A stretch of 64,000 nt of DNA, taken from the NCBI GenBank assembly GCA_951406725.2, contig OX597820.1:125054001-125118000 (forward strand), read 5' to 3'. The position numbers and the translations under genes are program-made. Below, piece by piece: positions 13,121-28,195 of this stretch. The stretch is from Octopus vulgaris. Taxonomy: Eukaryota. Below the pieces are notes generated by a model. It saw only the letters and a list, made by a program, of their open reading frames with translations, was not told the DNA's origin and ran no database searches. Position 1 is the first letter of the stretch; every line of letters starts with the position of its first letter.

Positions 13121-13841
13121 TAGAATAGTAGGAGAAGAGGGCAAGAAAGAAAAAATGCTATAGGATAGTACAAGAGTGGAAGAAAGACGTTATTTTAACG
13201 CTACAGGTTCGAATCTTTAGTACCGAAAATATATTGAAATAGTAATGGCGGTAGGTTTAGAAGATGCGGATCAGTTCAACCATTCAGAGATGCACAAAGA
13301 CCCCTAACTTCGCTATTTGCAATAGGATGTTATAACCTTTGTCACGATATATATTGCTCTGGATCTTTCTCTTGTTATTATGTTTGGATTTGTTAGCATA
13401 GAACAATCATCCAGATACTTAACTTTTGCTATCTTATCTTTCGTATATTCTTTCTTTCTCTTCCTCATTATTTCTCTTTCGGCACTATTTTTCGAAGAAT
13501 ACAGTGTGCAAAATTATGCTTATAATTATAATCATCACAACTGCATGAGAGCAGTTGTGATAATAGTTGCAATAGCAGTTGTGATTGTTATAATTACACC
13601 TGTTTCAGCTTCTGTATTATTCTATTCTAGTATTCTATTCTAGTATTATTTCTATTAATATTATCTAAAACTTTCAGCTGCAGCAAACGTTTTTGTCGAT
13701 GAGCAGTTTGAAGTTTCGAACGACGGAAACTTTCCCACTATTTTATGTACAAACGTTTAAGTGAAGTTAAAAGTCTCTGTATTAATCTTAGAATAGTAGG
13801 AGATGAGGGCAAGAAAGAAAAAATTCTATAGGATAGTACAA
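13121..13841 (+). repeat. 53-bp direct repeat pair (13121-13173 and 13789-13841)
   Basis: TAGAATAGTAGGAGA(A/T)GAGGGCAAGAAAGAAAAAAT(G/T)CTATAGGATAGTACAA occurs twice with 2 differences. Confidence 0.9.
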
Positions 13842-14254
13842 TACTCTTAATTCATATATATATATGAGAATCATCCAGCGAACACCACAGTTGCTCAAGG
13901 TAAAAATGAATTCCTCTCTCTTTCAGGAACATCAGTTTTTTTTGTATTGAATACATATCGCCGCTTTGATCTGTTTTTTGTATTGGATGCATGTCACCAC
14001 CGTGAACCGCTGCATCATGCACTTTAAACATATAGCATGAACGAACTCACTTCAAACTATATATTTATGAACTTTATGATGTCTGACACCGTTGTGTATT
14101 ATAAATGAATTTCTTGTGATTGATAGCATGAACTATCTTTTTTTATATATCACTTCTTTTGATAAGGTTCATTTCAGGACCTGAAAGATGTTATAATGTA
14201 TATATAAAAATTAAAAATTGTATAATATAGCAGCATTTTCGAACTTCATTTTTT

Positions 14255-15222
<968 letters not shown>

Positions 15223-15269
15223 GGGTAAATGTCGAACAATGAGAATGATTGATGAACAACGCATTGATG

Positions 15270-15520
15270 GATAAATTTTACGCACTGCTGTCTTCTAAAT
15301 AATAGCAGTCTGGGAAATGAACTTGTATACAAGGCCAAATTAATGGACCACAACGGATTAACAAAGACATATATCACAATGGCGGGAAACTCATTCAAGG
15401 AAAGAATATGACATGGACATTGAAAGAAGCAAACGTAAGCTGCCCTCAGATAACGTGGAGCATTAATACTAAAGCCGAAGAATACCAAATATGAGCAATT
15501 TATCACTGAAAATCATTCAA
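15270..15520 (+). pseudogene. Penelope-like GIY-YIG endonuclease remnant
   Basis: Manual translation from about 15285: [40 protein letters not shown], later [12 protein letters not shown]; matches the PLE CPL..CL...VYKA....YIG....FKxR pattern; disrupted. Confidence 0.7.
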
Positions 15521-18499
15521 TCAAAATATACCAATTTAAATATTAGGAATGAAACCTTCCCTCACTGCATGCACAACCAATATTTAACATTTAACATTTG
15601 AAAGAGGAACCACCACCCATTTTGACGATCCACACATAGGAGACACATGTCCTCATGATGAGCTCTATCGATACAAAAACGTACTAACATTACACATACG
15701 CAGGATATCACATATAAAGCAAATTTTCATTTAGCACCGTCTGTTGACAAATGTCGAACCCAATGAAAATAATCACCAAAATGTTGTTACCCAAGATTCG
15801 CACCACTTGATTTCTTGGTTTTGTTTGCCAAATTTTCTCGCAAGTCTTTATCGTGAATATCCGTGATTCTGCGTGTTTTAGTCCAAAAAGAATGCGCGCA
15901 CTATTATATCAATGTGATCGGCTTGAAAAATTGTTATATAATCAAATTGTTGCTGTCTTAACATGAAACCAAGGATACACTTAATGCGTGAATAAATCGT
16001 GTGTTTGTGTGTGTATGAGTGCGTGCGCGCGCACGTGTGTGTTTCTGTGTGCAAATGGGGTAATATTTTTCTGTTTAGTATAATTCCGAAGAGGAAATTG
16101 TATGTATTACTGAGAAACTTCCTGTTATATGAATTTTTTTCTATAAGACTTGAATTCGAAGAAAAGAATAGCGAGAGAAAAACCATCAATGTCAACAACA
16201 GCGATGGGGACAGTGACAGCGACGGCGACCGTCATGTTGATGATAAATCTGATGACGTTTGAGCAACAACGAAACCGATAATAGTTCTTCAGGAAACCAT
16301 TCAGCTGTGAATACTTTAATTATGACACTATTCCGATAATAACTGCTACGTAAAGTATTTCAAATATTTTTTCTGTTTGTCCAACCTAAATTATCGGTTT
16401 TAAGATATATTTGATATACAAGGACTTCATCGCAATGAAGCAGCAGGTGCAGCATCAATTGAATTCCAACAAAAGTATGAACTCATATATTTATAGCAAG
16501 TAGCATCTGGGAAAATTGGAAACCTTGTTATGGTAAATGATATCAACTAATGGGAAAAATAGACTTGGTCTGCATTTTAAAGCATTTCCTTATTTGATAG
16601 CCGGGACTAAACTGAATAGTGTCAAGTATTCTGCATACCTTTTAATTTGTAGTTTATTTCGATATCAGTAGTGATGGCGATATCATACTTGTGAATATAA
16701 TCATTCGCAATTGTGACGAATTTTTATTCTTGCGCATTTCCATACAAACAATATATCATGAGATTGCCTTACGGAAATCAGAATTCGTAATCTTAACTAG
16801 TGCAGATGTTTCTGGCATAAAGCAGACATCCAACGTATGCGAATTGAAAACCGTCATAGATATATCTTATATTGCTTAGGCTAAATTGTTATTTAAATAT
16901 TTAGAGGAAGTAAATTTATGCTTTCAGTAATAATTCCAAGATTAATGTTTCATTTGCCTTGAAAATTTACTAATTATTATTAAACTGCGGCGAATCTGTT
17001 TTGCTTTGAACGCTCTCTCACCGATATTAGTCTATCGAAGACCTGCATGTGTAGATGTTCAATGATATCGATGAGATTGAGGACGGCACAAGGATATTTT
17101 GCCTCCAAACAAGCCAAATGGTATAAGCATTGAATGAAGCTTCTGGCACAACAATGGCAACAGACCATAGAATATGTTGGAATATATTTTGAAGATCAAA
17201 CACCTTTTCTGAGTAATATGAATTATTAATCAAGGAATTATGAAAGAAGTCTTTGAGTTCGTCTGGTACATATGCATATATGCAGAATAGATAGAAATCA
17301 TAAATTACAGAATCAAGCTACATAGCTAGGAGAAACCATATATCATAAGATATATCGATATATGAATCTAAATAAGTTAAAAGAATAGCATTTTGGTGTT
17401 AAGATATATCTTACACTTACGCATTATATAATTTCAGAAGCAGGTCAATAATGAAATCATAGAAAAAATATATTAATACATCGACAAGATAAATACGACT
17501 ATGATTCCTTGTCACGGTCGAAATATATAAAAAATTGTTCGACTGCGTAAAGCTCAAATTCGGCCGAAAGTCCTCTTAATGTTAATGTATAAATTCTAAT
17601 CATTAAAAAGTAAGTTTTCCTGTGCATTTTCGGACATGTCTTAATCACCTCTTATTACATACTTATATCTATATTCCCCGTGTATTACTGTTCTGAAAGT
17701 CTAGTCCGACACCCGGAGTTCTTGGTATAGTCTCTCATTTATTATCCGCGATCGTCATCGTTGTTTTAAAATCAGTGTATGAATTGGAATGTCTTAATAG
17801 CGTCCGACCATTTACAATGTCACTCCCATTTGATACAGATGAAGCATTTTCGCTGGAGGCTTCAATTTCCATCGGAAATTCTGTGTTCATAAGATCATGT
17901 AATGTTTAGAATGTTCGCAATTTTTATATCGCTGTATTCCTTGCATATGGCAAACAATGATCGCATGCCTTTTAATTTCTTGCTAGCATTTTATTGCCAT
18001 AGGGAATCTGTCAGAAATAAAACTCATTTAACCGGTTTAAGCGAGTAATATACCGATGATTAAGTGTCCCCAAATACTTTTCCCAACCGCAAAGCATTGA
18101 TACTGGATGGCAATAAATTTTCTATATGCAGCTGATTTGAAACTATTTCAAATAATGGAATTATACGCTTTTGGAACAAGGACGTAGTTTTATAAAATAC
18201 TCTTGCACTAAACCAAACATAAAGTATTATACTTTCATTATGTATGTACAAATACATATATATGTACACAAACACATGCATATATACGTGCCTGTGTGTG
18301 TTTATGTGTGTGTGTGTGTATGTGTGTAATATTTCTGTGTGTATGTATCTATAATATATCAGTGAAGTAAAATGTTGACAATCATTTAGTAGCTTCAGCT
18401 ACTAGCTAGTATCGGTATGTGATTGATTTTTTCACTTGAAGTAATATTTTGCGTATTTTTACTCAGTTGGGTTTGCATTTACCATGAAGACCCAAGTAC

Positions 18500-18592
<93 letters not shown>

Positions 18593-19594
18593 TTATATAT
18601 ATATACATATCAGAGTTTGCATCATTGTGCATAGAATAATATATTAATCGGATTTTTACGCTTTGTTATTTACATGTTTTACAATGTTACAATTTTACAC
18701 TATTGCAATAAAAAAAAATATATGCAATCATGTGGTTTATGCAGCGAAAGTCGTATCCTAAAATTGACAACTGTAGTGAAATTTTTGTATTTATCCTTAA
18801 AATACCCTATGATGGACTACAGCAGACTGAAGCATTTGTGAGAAGAAAACACCTACAATTTGCGATTAATACCTATAATTATTGGGACACTGGGATATGT
18901 AACATATTGACTAAGTAGCAATTTTTAAAATTAGACTTCTGAAAACAAGAATCAGAAGGTAGGAAGCTGATTTAAAGACTACACTAGAATTATAAATACG
19001 GTTTATATTTTAAATATATATGCACATATCTAGACATGTATCTATATACATTAAAATACATACATAAAACAAAATATACAAATTTTTACATACACTGACT
19101 CCAAAATGTGGCACATAGATAGTAGCAGATGTGGAAAAATAGTGATTATGGGGGTAAAGAAATGTTGGTACTTAGGTTTGGTGCTTTAAGCAGTAGTAAC
19201 AGCAGCCGATGTAGGAGACGGTGAAGGAGAAAAAGAAGAAAAGGGTCAATTCAGTGACGATGCAACCTATGATCAACGCATTACCAAAGGATGATATGTT
19301 ATCGCAAAATATATACCTCTTTTGAATACTTCTACCACAGATAACAGCATTACAAGGATCTTTGTATAATACGCAAATATTAAAAACGATAGATGTATTA
19401 AGAACAGTCGCTAGCCATGAATTTACTTAGAACAATCCCTACCACGACTGCTACAACCAAAACAGATCACTTTTAAGTCACTTGGCCATTAATGAAGATT
19501 CCACGTACAACTACTACTGTGTCATAACACTCTTGTCTTTTTCTTTTCTTTCTTCTTCGTCTACTTTTCCTCCCCCTCCCCCTCCCTCCTCCTG

Positions 19595-19662
<68 letters not shown>

Positions 19663-20136
19663 TCTTCTTCTTCTTCAACGTCTACATCCTCGTCTGCTGC
19701 TGCTTAAACCACCAAGCTTCAGAACATTTTTTGCATCCAAAAAAACTATTAAGATCTGATACTATCTACCGAACCTTAATTTAGAAAAAAAGGAGAATGC
19801 CCTACCTATTTGAAGACTATGAACAGATTTGCAAAACATTTCATTTAATTTTCCTTCAATTTAATTACTTTTCCTGTTTTTCTCTCAGTTGAAAAAGTTG
19901 GAAAGACTGAAACTGGTGCAAAGTGTATTTCATGATAAAATTATATTAGCATTTTCTAACTTGTCTTATTTTACTCATATATATCAAGTCATGTTATTTT
20001 TCAATCAGCTATGTTATACACATACGCACACAGAGACACACACGCACACATACATACATACATACATATATTTATACATACATGCATACATACATATATT
20101 TATACATACATAAATACATATATATATATATATATA

Positions 20137-21386
20137 TTGGGTTGTCAGGAAAGTTCGTGCCAGTTTATAGCAGCTTATCTTTCGATTTATTTTGGAACAT
20201 AGTTAAGTCCAAAAAATAGGATATGAAAACACCTCCATTTAGAGCACAGTTTAAGCTATCTTTTCGTGGAAGAAGTTTTACATTCCTATAACCTGTGTTA
20301 CTTCTGTAACCCTTTAAAATACAATATAAGGAAATTCGTTTTCGATACTTGATGCTTTTCTTTTTCCGTAAAGGAAAAATGCCTCACAAGCAACCATAGA
20401 AATATGCGCAGTTTACGATGATGTTTCTTTATACGAAAGAACTGTACCGAAGTGGTTCGCAAGTTTCTGATCTGGAGATTGTAGCCTTATTGATAAAGAG
20501 CGATCAGGCATACTATCCAGTACAGATGGTGACCCAATCAAGTAATTAATTGAGAATGACACACATTGCACAACCCGAGAATTGGCAGAAATCCTCAACC
20601 TATCAAAATCTGTCGTTCATGAGCACCTGGTAAAGCTTGGGTACACAAATCGCTACGGTGTTTGGGTACAACATGAGTTTAGTGAAAATAACCTTTTGGA
20701 TCGTGGTTCCATCTATGATTTGCTTTATAAACGGAATGAAATTTCGCCTGTCTTAAAACAAATTGTGACAGGTGATGAGAAATGGATTAACTATCGCAAT
20801 GTTCAAAGGAAGCGAACCTGGTGTAAGCGACATGAGCCATCCTTAGACAAAAGCGGGACTTGCTTAGTGCCTGGTGGGATTGGAAAGGAGTTATGTACTA
20901 TGAGCTTCTCCCAAGTAACCAGACATTTAATTCTGAGAAATACTGCGCACAACTGGACAAGTGAAAAGCAGCAATTCAAGAGGATTGGCTAACAGGAAGG
21001 GTGTTGTTTTCCAACATGATAATGCGAGACCGCACATTTCTTTGGGAACCAGACAAAAATTGCCTCAGTTCGGCTGTGATGTGCTACCCCACCATCCATA
21101 TTTCAAGGTATTGCTCCTTCGGATTTCCACTTATTCAGATCTCTGCAGAATAGTCTTAATGGTAAAAGTTTCAATTAATTGGCTGATGTAAAAAGATACC
21201 TTGATGAATTCTTTGCAATGAAACCACCTCAATTCTGGGAAGAATCTATATTCAAGTTAAAGTAAAGAAGAAAACGCATTGTGCAACAAAATGGTTCGTA
21301 TTTAGTTGATTAAAAATATAATGGCAAGTATTCATTGACATTTTTCTTTCTTTTAAAAATCGGCATGAACTTTCCGGAGAACCCAG
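20137..21386 (+). mobile_element. mariner (DD34D) DNA transposon, full length, decayed
   Basis: TIRs TTGGGTTGTCAGGAAAGTTCGTGCC / GGCATGAACTTTCCGGAGAACCCAG with TA on both sides; about 1.25 kb; fragments WVQHEFS, VTGDEKW, HDNARPH and IAPSDFHLFRSLQN; stops and frameshifts. Confidence 0.95.
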
Positions 21387-21459
21387 TATATGTATATATA
21401 CCTACATATATGTAGATACCTACAAATATATGTATATATAGGTACATATATGGGTACGT

Positions 21460-21626
21460 GCATAAAGAAACGGTGAACAGAATGAGAAACGAAAACATAA
21501 AAGGAAAAACATAGACAACGAACTTTTTTTCGAACAACGAAAAAAAAAACAGAGACACGAGACATGCAACATAAAGAATATTCCCCTTCATCGGTTGTCC
21601 CTGTGTCATCTACTCCGAGTAAGAGT
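21460..21626 (-). repeat. unclassified short interspersed repeat between microsatellites, possibly pLTR-derived
   Basis: Non-simple island bounded by simple repeats; the minus strand has GAAACTC..GAGTA and CCGATGAAGGGG. Confidence 0.35.
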
Positions 21627-21643
21627 TTCTCTCTCTCTCTCTC

Positions 21644-21730
<87 letters not shown>

Positions 21731-22841
21731 TATATACATGTCTGTGCATATATATGTACGCATGTATGCATGTACGTATATGTATGTTTACGTTTATGCA
21801 CATGTATAAAACTACATATATCTCAAGTACTTAATCTAACACAAGCGATATATTTACATTATTATTATTACAATAATAATTGTGAAAACATTGTTCTATA
21901 TTAATAACTTTTGCTATATTCATGAATATCAAAATAGATTTCTCAAAGTCCATGTAGGGGCATAGTTCATATCAAGGGATGATGATTGCCCTCAATTAGG
22001 ATATGAGAATGGATACATACACACATACATACATATACACATATATACATATATGCATACATACATGCATGTATATATTAATGTGTGTGTATATTTATAT
22101 ATACATGTATATACTTTTATCTTGTAAGTTTTATATATCACAGTACAGTTACTGTAAAACACAATAAAATTCAGTCAAATATTTCCTTCTTGTGTCTTAC
22201 CGCTAGCAAAATCACATTTTTACACTGAATCACTGGCACCTTGCATTTGATGCACTCACATTTCTGCATGCATGTATATGTGTGTGTATGCGCGTATCTG
22301 CGTATGCATTTATTACACATGTATATGTGTGAGTGTAAGCGTGTGCGCACGTTATTATATGTTAATGAGAGCCCTTAATTGTGAGTGTGTGGGAATTGCA
22401 TGTGTTTGAATTCATCTTTCATAATTCATGATATATTTATGAAGATTGTTTTAATGTTACCACATGAATACATGTCGTTCTTTTTGCTTTGTATTCTTCA
22501 ATGTACCATGTAATGTGGCATTTAAATAAAATCGTATATATATTGCTATAAATGAAACTACGATACCATTTGAAATCAAACTGTTTCCATCCTGTGATTT
22601 TATTGCATAATGTGTTACTTGATTAATTGGTTATAATGGTTGACTCCTGTTACACCATGATTTGCAACCCTATCAATGGAGGAAAAGTGCTTATTTCATA
22701 CTCTGGCATTTTATTGCCTTTGGGATTTCCCTGTACACCATTTTGTCAGTAATTTTTAGAAATATACGGAACACCTATTTGAAGTTACAAATTTGCTGGT
22801 GGGTACTACAACTACTATTACTACTACTACTGCTGCGGCTG

Positions 22842-22887
<46 letters not shown>

Positions 22888-23458
22888 AGTTTACTGGACG
22901 CTTCTTTATATTTATTTACTATGCATTCAGTTCACAAATTGTCACACGCTACCCATAATTTCGGTTGGCAATGCAAAGTCATTATATAATGGCAAGCGAA
23001 ATTTATTAACGTCTGAAGTCAATACAGTTAATTAGTTAATGGCAAACATTTTCGGGTCTTAATTGTGAAGGAATTAACTACTCTAATTAAAAGATAGCTT
23101 AATATGATCTGTCGATTAAGCGGATCCCTTAAAATATATGTACAATGTGTGTGAGAGTGACTGTCTGTGTGTGTGCGCGCGCCTGCTCTCGGTCTCTGTC
23201 AGTGTATACACACACACACACATATGTATATGTAAATGTATGTGTGTGTATATAAATATATATATACCTATGTATATGTATGTATATATATTTTTCTTTT
23301 TTTCTAATTTGTGTAAATGTGTATAGAACAATATATTAGTTAAATGAAGTTACAATATAATCTGGTTATCACGTTTTTTTTATTATTCTATGAAAAAAAA
23401 TATTTTTACAATATTGAAGTGTGTTAAATATTAAAAAAATATTTAGTAATGTTCATAA

Positions 23459-23507
23459 ATTTCAATTAGCGCTTTCATACGTTCGTAGTAATCATCAGAT
23501 TTGAAAA
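23459..23507 (-). ncRNA. minimal type I hammerhead motif in the PLE 3' repeat
   Basis: Minus strand: TTTCAAAT-CTGATGA-TTAC TACGAAC GTAT-GAAA-GCGC-TA-ATTGAAA. Intact core, palindromic stem III (AGCGCT), CUA triplet, U-U mismatch at the base of stem II. Confidence 0.75.
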
Positions 23508-25070
23508 TATATTGATTGACAGTAGAGTTAAGTTCTTGACAGCTGTAGTTTAATGATTGACTTTATTTTTATACCGAAAAGCTACATTTGTCGACTACGG
23601 TTTTGACCAATCAGCATGCGGCTTAAACGGCACGGGTTTGTCGGTTGCAGCGATATTGCTGGCAAAGATCATGCCTTTATTTTGACCAATTTGCTAGCGG
23701 TTTACATGTAATGGTTTTATGAGTGAGCAAACTTAGATGGTTTCGATGGTTTTTATCTCAATCGGTAGGAGCCTTCTGTAATTTGTATATATTCATATGT
23801 TAGCGATAGTTTTTAATCCACATCATCAACTCGTTGCTATATTATTGTTGCTATTTCCGTTCATAACAGGTTTGAACATTTTAATGAAACGTTTTATCTT
23901 TCTTCAAACCTCACTTGTGCCATGTAGTTTGTGGAAATGAAAAAATTAGAAACACCTGAACACATGTTTCTATATGTTCTCCCAGAGGAAATTGACGAAC
24001 AATACTGTTTCGGATTTGTTGTCTGTGAATTGGTGAGCGTTCCGATAATTCCTTCCCTGTCTCGCCAATAAGTAGTTCCTCACAATTAGAGCATTCAATG
24101 CAGAAAATCAAGTTACTGCTTGCATTTGTGAACATCTGCCCATTTTTTGGTTCTAATGGATCTACCAGCATGCTTCTATTGACACGTTCCATATACGTTA
24201 TCATAACACTTGGATACTGTGAATGTTTTATTCTGTTCATGTTAAATATCGCTTTTCATGCTAGATTCTTTTGGTTATGTGGCTGCCTTTTGATGAAGAT
24301 AAGAGTTTCATTAGTTATTATATGTTTTCACTTTATTTCTTTATTGGTAAATTTCTTTTAATTATGTTAAAAATATTTAAGTGATATGTATTGTGTGTTA
24401 CTACAAATGGTATTGTGTTCCGTTGATGGGTTGATCTTATTCGATAATTTCATTTTTCACCGTTTCATATTTTATCATGAATCCAGATTCATTATTTAGA
24501 TTGATAGAGATGTCAGTCCTCAATTTTGACATAGTCAGCACCCATCAAAATCTTGTTTCTTCCTCCCGTTCTACTATAATTTCTTTAATTAAGAATTTAC
24601 GGGAACGTATGGGTACGTCTGATTCAATCGAATCTGTGTATATCTCAATATACCTTTTACATTTCTATGTCTTCCAGAAATCTTGTTTCCGTATATTAAG
24701 ATGATTTTTCCACGTCTGACGAATATGTTTTTTTTTTCTCGATAGGCTTGTTTTTCTAAGTTTATTTCGGTAAACCCTTTATCTATATTGGTTGCGTTAG
24801 GCTTTCTCTTAGAGGTTTTACCACCTCTGATAGCGTCTCAGATAATTCCTTGATTTCCGAATGTAGATTTTAACATACATCTGTCGAATTCTTTCCATTT
24901 CCTGTAGGGTAGTTGTTTGTGTTTCCATTATTCAGATAAGTGTTCACAATTTGCATGATATCTCTTCTAAGATCGTGTCCGCTTCTGTGGTTTCTATTTG
25001 TTGTTTCTTAGGAATGTTTGCTTATACACAACGCAAACATATTTTTTTCGAATATATATAAATGTCTATA

Positions 25071-26318
25071 TTAGGTTGTTTCACGTGAAATATCGTATTT
25101 GAAAGGTAACAATAATATGCTTCAGAAGTATTAGAGAACTGGTTTATTTAATCAGAGTATGATACATGTTCATTTATGACGATTACCCAACGTTTCTCTA
25201 TGTCATATATTCCCTTTAAAAAAGTCATCTTTTGCTGTGATAAACTCACCGAATGCATCAGTTGCTTCTTGTCTATTTAAGAATGTTTTATTACTTATGA
25301 AAAGTTCTAAATGCTTAAATAAGTAATGATCAGTAGGTGAGATAGAGGAAAAGTGAGTATGTTGCAAAATGTCATATTCAGGCTTTGCATCTTTCGGACT
25401 GTAGCTTGAGGAGTTTGAGAACGGGCATTGTCGTGGAACAAAACTGGGCCATCTCTATTCACTAATATGGGTTGCTTCTTTTTCAAATTCTTATGCATAG
25501 AATCATTTTCCTGGCAACTCGGTGCTGCTGTTACCGTTTTTTCTTATTGCAAACATGGATAATGAATAACTCCCTTCGCAGACCATTATACAGTGACTAT
25601 TAACATTTTGATGTATAATGGTGGGTTTGGGTAGTTTTTAGGTGACACTCCTGCATTTAATCACAGTACGTTTCTCTTGCCGTTGTCAAAGAGTATCCTT
25701 TTCTCATCACAAGTAATGATTTTATGCAAAAATGATATTTTTCCAGTCGCGAAAGCAATAAGGAGCACACTTCGTGGCGTCTGTTTTTTTTTTTTAATCT
25801 CGTTCAGTTGATGTGGAACAAACCTATCCGTTTTCTTGACATTTTCCAATATTTTACTGATGTCCAAAAAATGGTCGTGCGACAGGTTACGAGTTCTGGT
25901 GAAAGTTTCGAACTTTTGTCTCATCTCAGATTTTGTTCAAGCAAAGCATTTAATACATCATGCCGAATAACTGATTTTGGCCTAACCCATGGTTTATTTT
26001 CAAAGCTATCGTCTCCTGAACCAGAGCTTTGGAACCATCTCTGAACCGTTCTGATATCAACAAAACCATTCCCAAAGGCCCGCTTGATATTCCATAGAGC
26101 TTCTGTGTCAGAATGACCAATTTGTGCTCATACGAGAAAATCACTCAACATAGTTCGGGTGTTATCGTTTTCATAAGGTCTGTGGGTACGAATTTTGTAT
26201 AACAATATTGTTGAGAAAGAAAATGTATCAAGATTAAATGCAAGGTATACATAATTGAGTTTTTAAATGACTGAAAAAAACAATTAAAAAATTCGACATT
26301 TCATGAGAAAAAACCTAA
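25071..26318 (-). mobile_element. mariner DNA transposon, full length, decayed
   Basis: TIRs TTAGGTTGTTTCACGTGAAATATCG / CGACATTTCATGAGAAAAAACCTAA with TA duplication; fragments FVPHQL, ITCDEKRILFDN and HDNARSQ. Confidence 0.95.
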
Positions 26319-27257
26319 TAGAATAATATATCAGTTGAATAAAGTTTCGATATGGTCTGGTTTTCACATTTTTATTAGAGTATCTAAAAAAAGTTATTAT
26401 GTTGAAGTGGGTTAAACGTTAAAAAACTATTTATTAATGTTCATTGATATGATAATTTATGCATTCATTATGGAATCTTTTTATCATGATCTTCTATGCA
26501 CCATGTTTAAGAAAAATCTGAACATATTTTTCTTATATATTAAAGTATTCCATTATTAGGTTTTAGATTTAATTACTACACATCTTCGATATATTGATTA
26601 AATTTTTTTCGCTTTAACATTACAAATTTGCTAAGTTACAATGTACTACCTCTCTTATTTTCTGTCTCTGATTTCCACCCCTAAATTTTATATTGCTTAT
26701 ATCTTTGGATCTTTTTTATTAGATTCCCTTTTGATATAATGATCAAAATAGGTATTGATCATCCCTATCCTTCTTTCTTCCAATTATCATATCTACCCTT
26801 TTGTGGAGATAAAGCTGGATATATGGTTCCAGTGCATGTCGAGTTTAGTAGATTGTCTAACATTAATTGATTTATCATCATTAAGTAGCATACAGTTGAC
26901 AAGTCCCAATGGATTTGATTCCGAATGGGTGAAGACTAGAATCTACATACTGAGTAAGCAACTAGGTCACTACTCTCTTCATCCCGACACCCACCATTTA
27001 CTCTGTTCCTCTTTAAACTATAGTAGACTTGACAAGGTTTGCATTACTTTCTAAACTCATTCTGACAGATATATAACAAGAGAAACAATGTAAATATTTT
27101 GAGTTCCATTATTGATGTCAATATACTAAAGCAGTGGGTTATGCAGTGAATCTGACAAGAACGATTCCCTTCAAATGATTTAATGTTTTCAATAATCAGT
27201 CAAAGAAGTCTCTTGAAACGGCTGTAATTAATTGACACCTGTACATCTTTGTTACTG

Positions 27258-27301
<44 letters not shown>

Positions 27302-27374
27302 CCAGTCCGATTGCGGTGGCTTTTTACGTAAGTTCAAGCTGGATCAAGCTTCGACCTCCCTTAGATCTGGGAAG

Positions 27375-27437
<63 letters not shown>

Positions 27438-27499
27438 AATATATATATATATGTATGTATGTATGTATTTATGTATGTAGAGAGTTATAATAGTATAAA

Positions 27500-28137
27500 A
27501 TGCAATTATAATTAAGGGGGTAGAAGAGTCCATGCTTATGTTGAAATTAGACGCTAATTTTTATAGTACACACGCACGTGTTTAAATCGAGTGAGTAGGC
27601 TCACAGAAATTCGTAAAATTGTTAGCCTTTGATGGATCAATTTCTGGACTAATCTAATAACATTTCCTCATTAGGAAGGCATATTAAGGGAAATAAATGA
27701 GATATTATACATACCCATAGGGAAGCAAACGCAAAGCTACGATTACATATAGATACCATAAATACATCTGCATCGAATTTTGAGGTCAATATCATCGCTT
27801 TGGTCAGAGTAGTACGGAAGTGACTAGACTGTCCCGAAGTGTTTGGAAATTATTCAGTTATAATAGTCAAGGATAAAATCGTTAAATATTTTATCAGTGG
27901 CCAGCATATAATGTAGACCTTTATATACAATTATAATTAAAGGCATAGAAGTGACCTTGCCTATGCTGAAAAAAGACACTAAATTTTCAAACCAGTTTTA
28001 TGTCGAAACGTGTTGAAATGGAGGGAGTATGCTCAGAGATATTTATAAAATAGTTAGTCTTGGATTGATCAATTTCTGGATTAGACTAATAACTTTTTTT
28101 TCCTCAGCAGGCCTTACTGGGGGAAGTAAATGAGATA

Positions 28138-28175
<38 letters not shown>

Positions 28176-28195
28176 CACAGGAAAGCAAACGCTTT
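27500..28195 (+). repeat. old tandem duplication (period about 425 bp)
   Basis: 27500-27732 aligns with 27926-28192 (AATTATAATTAA.GG..TAGAAG; ACGTGTT.AAAT.GAG; GATCAATTTCTGGA; AAATGAGATA; AAGCAAACGC). A (TA)n has expanded in the second copy only. Confidence 0.85.

Larger units (their letters stand above)
23290..26445 (-). mobile_element. decayed Penelope-like retroelement with direct terminal repeats (pLTRs), interrupted by a mariner
   Basis: GIY-YIG fragment in ORF 23911-24240 (NLIFCIECSNCEELLIGETGKELSER..IHRQQIR...LGEHIETC) and upstream IPFVVTHN motif. 23290-23456 is repeated at 25040-25070 + 26321-26444. HHR in the downstream repeat. Confidence 0.85.

Noticed and set aside
16244-16285. 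CTGATGA-CGTT..AAC-GAAA-CCGATA hammerhead look-alike
   Set aside because: Lies in GAT/GAC-rich low-complexity sequence; stem I only 2 bp and stem III mismatched; may be chance.
18805-18845. CCCTATGATGGACT..AGACTGAAGCATTTGTG, possible eroded HHR (similar traces at 14155-14195, 27195-27235, 63235-63290)
   Set aside because: Too many core changes to support without a family consensus.
21575-21632. Type II-like hammerhead order on the minus strand (GAAACTC..GAGTA..CCGATGA)
   Set aside because: Stems I and II do not pair, and the GAAA overlaps a (GA)n tract.
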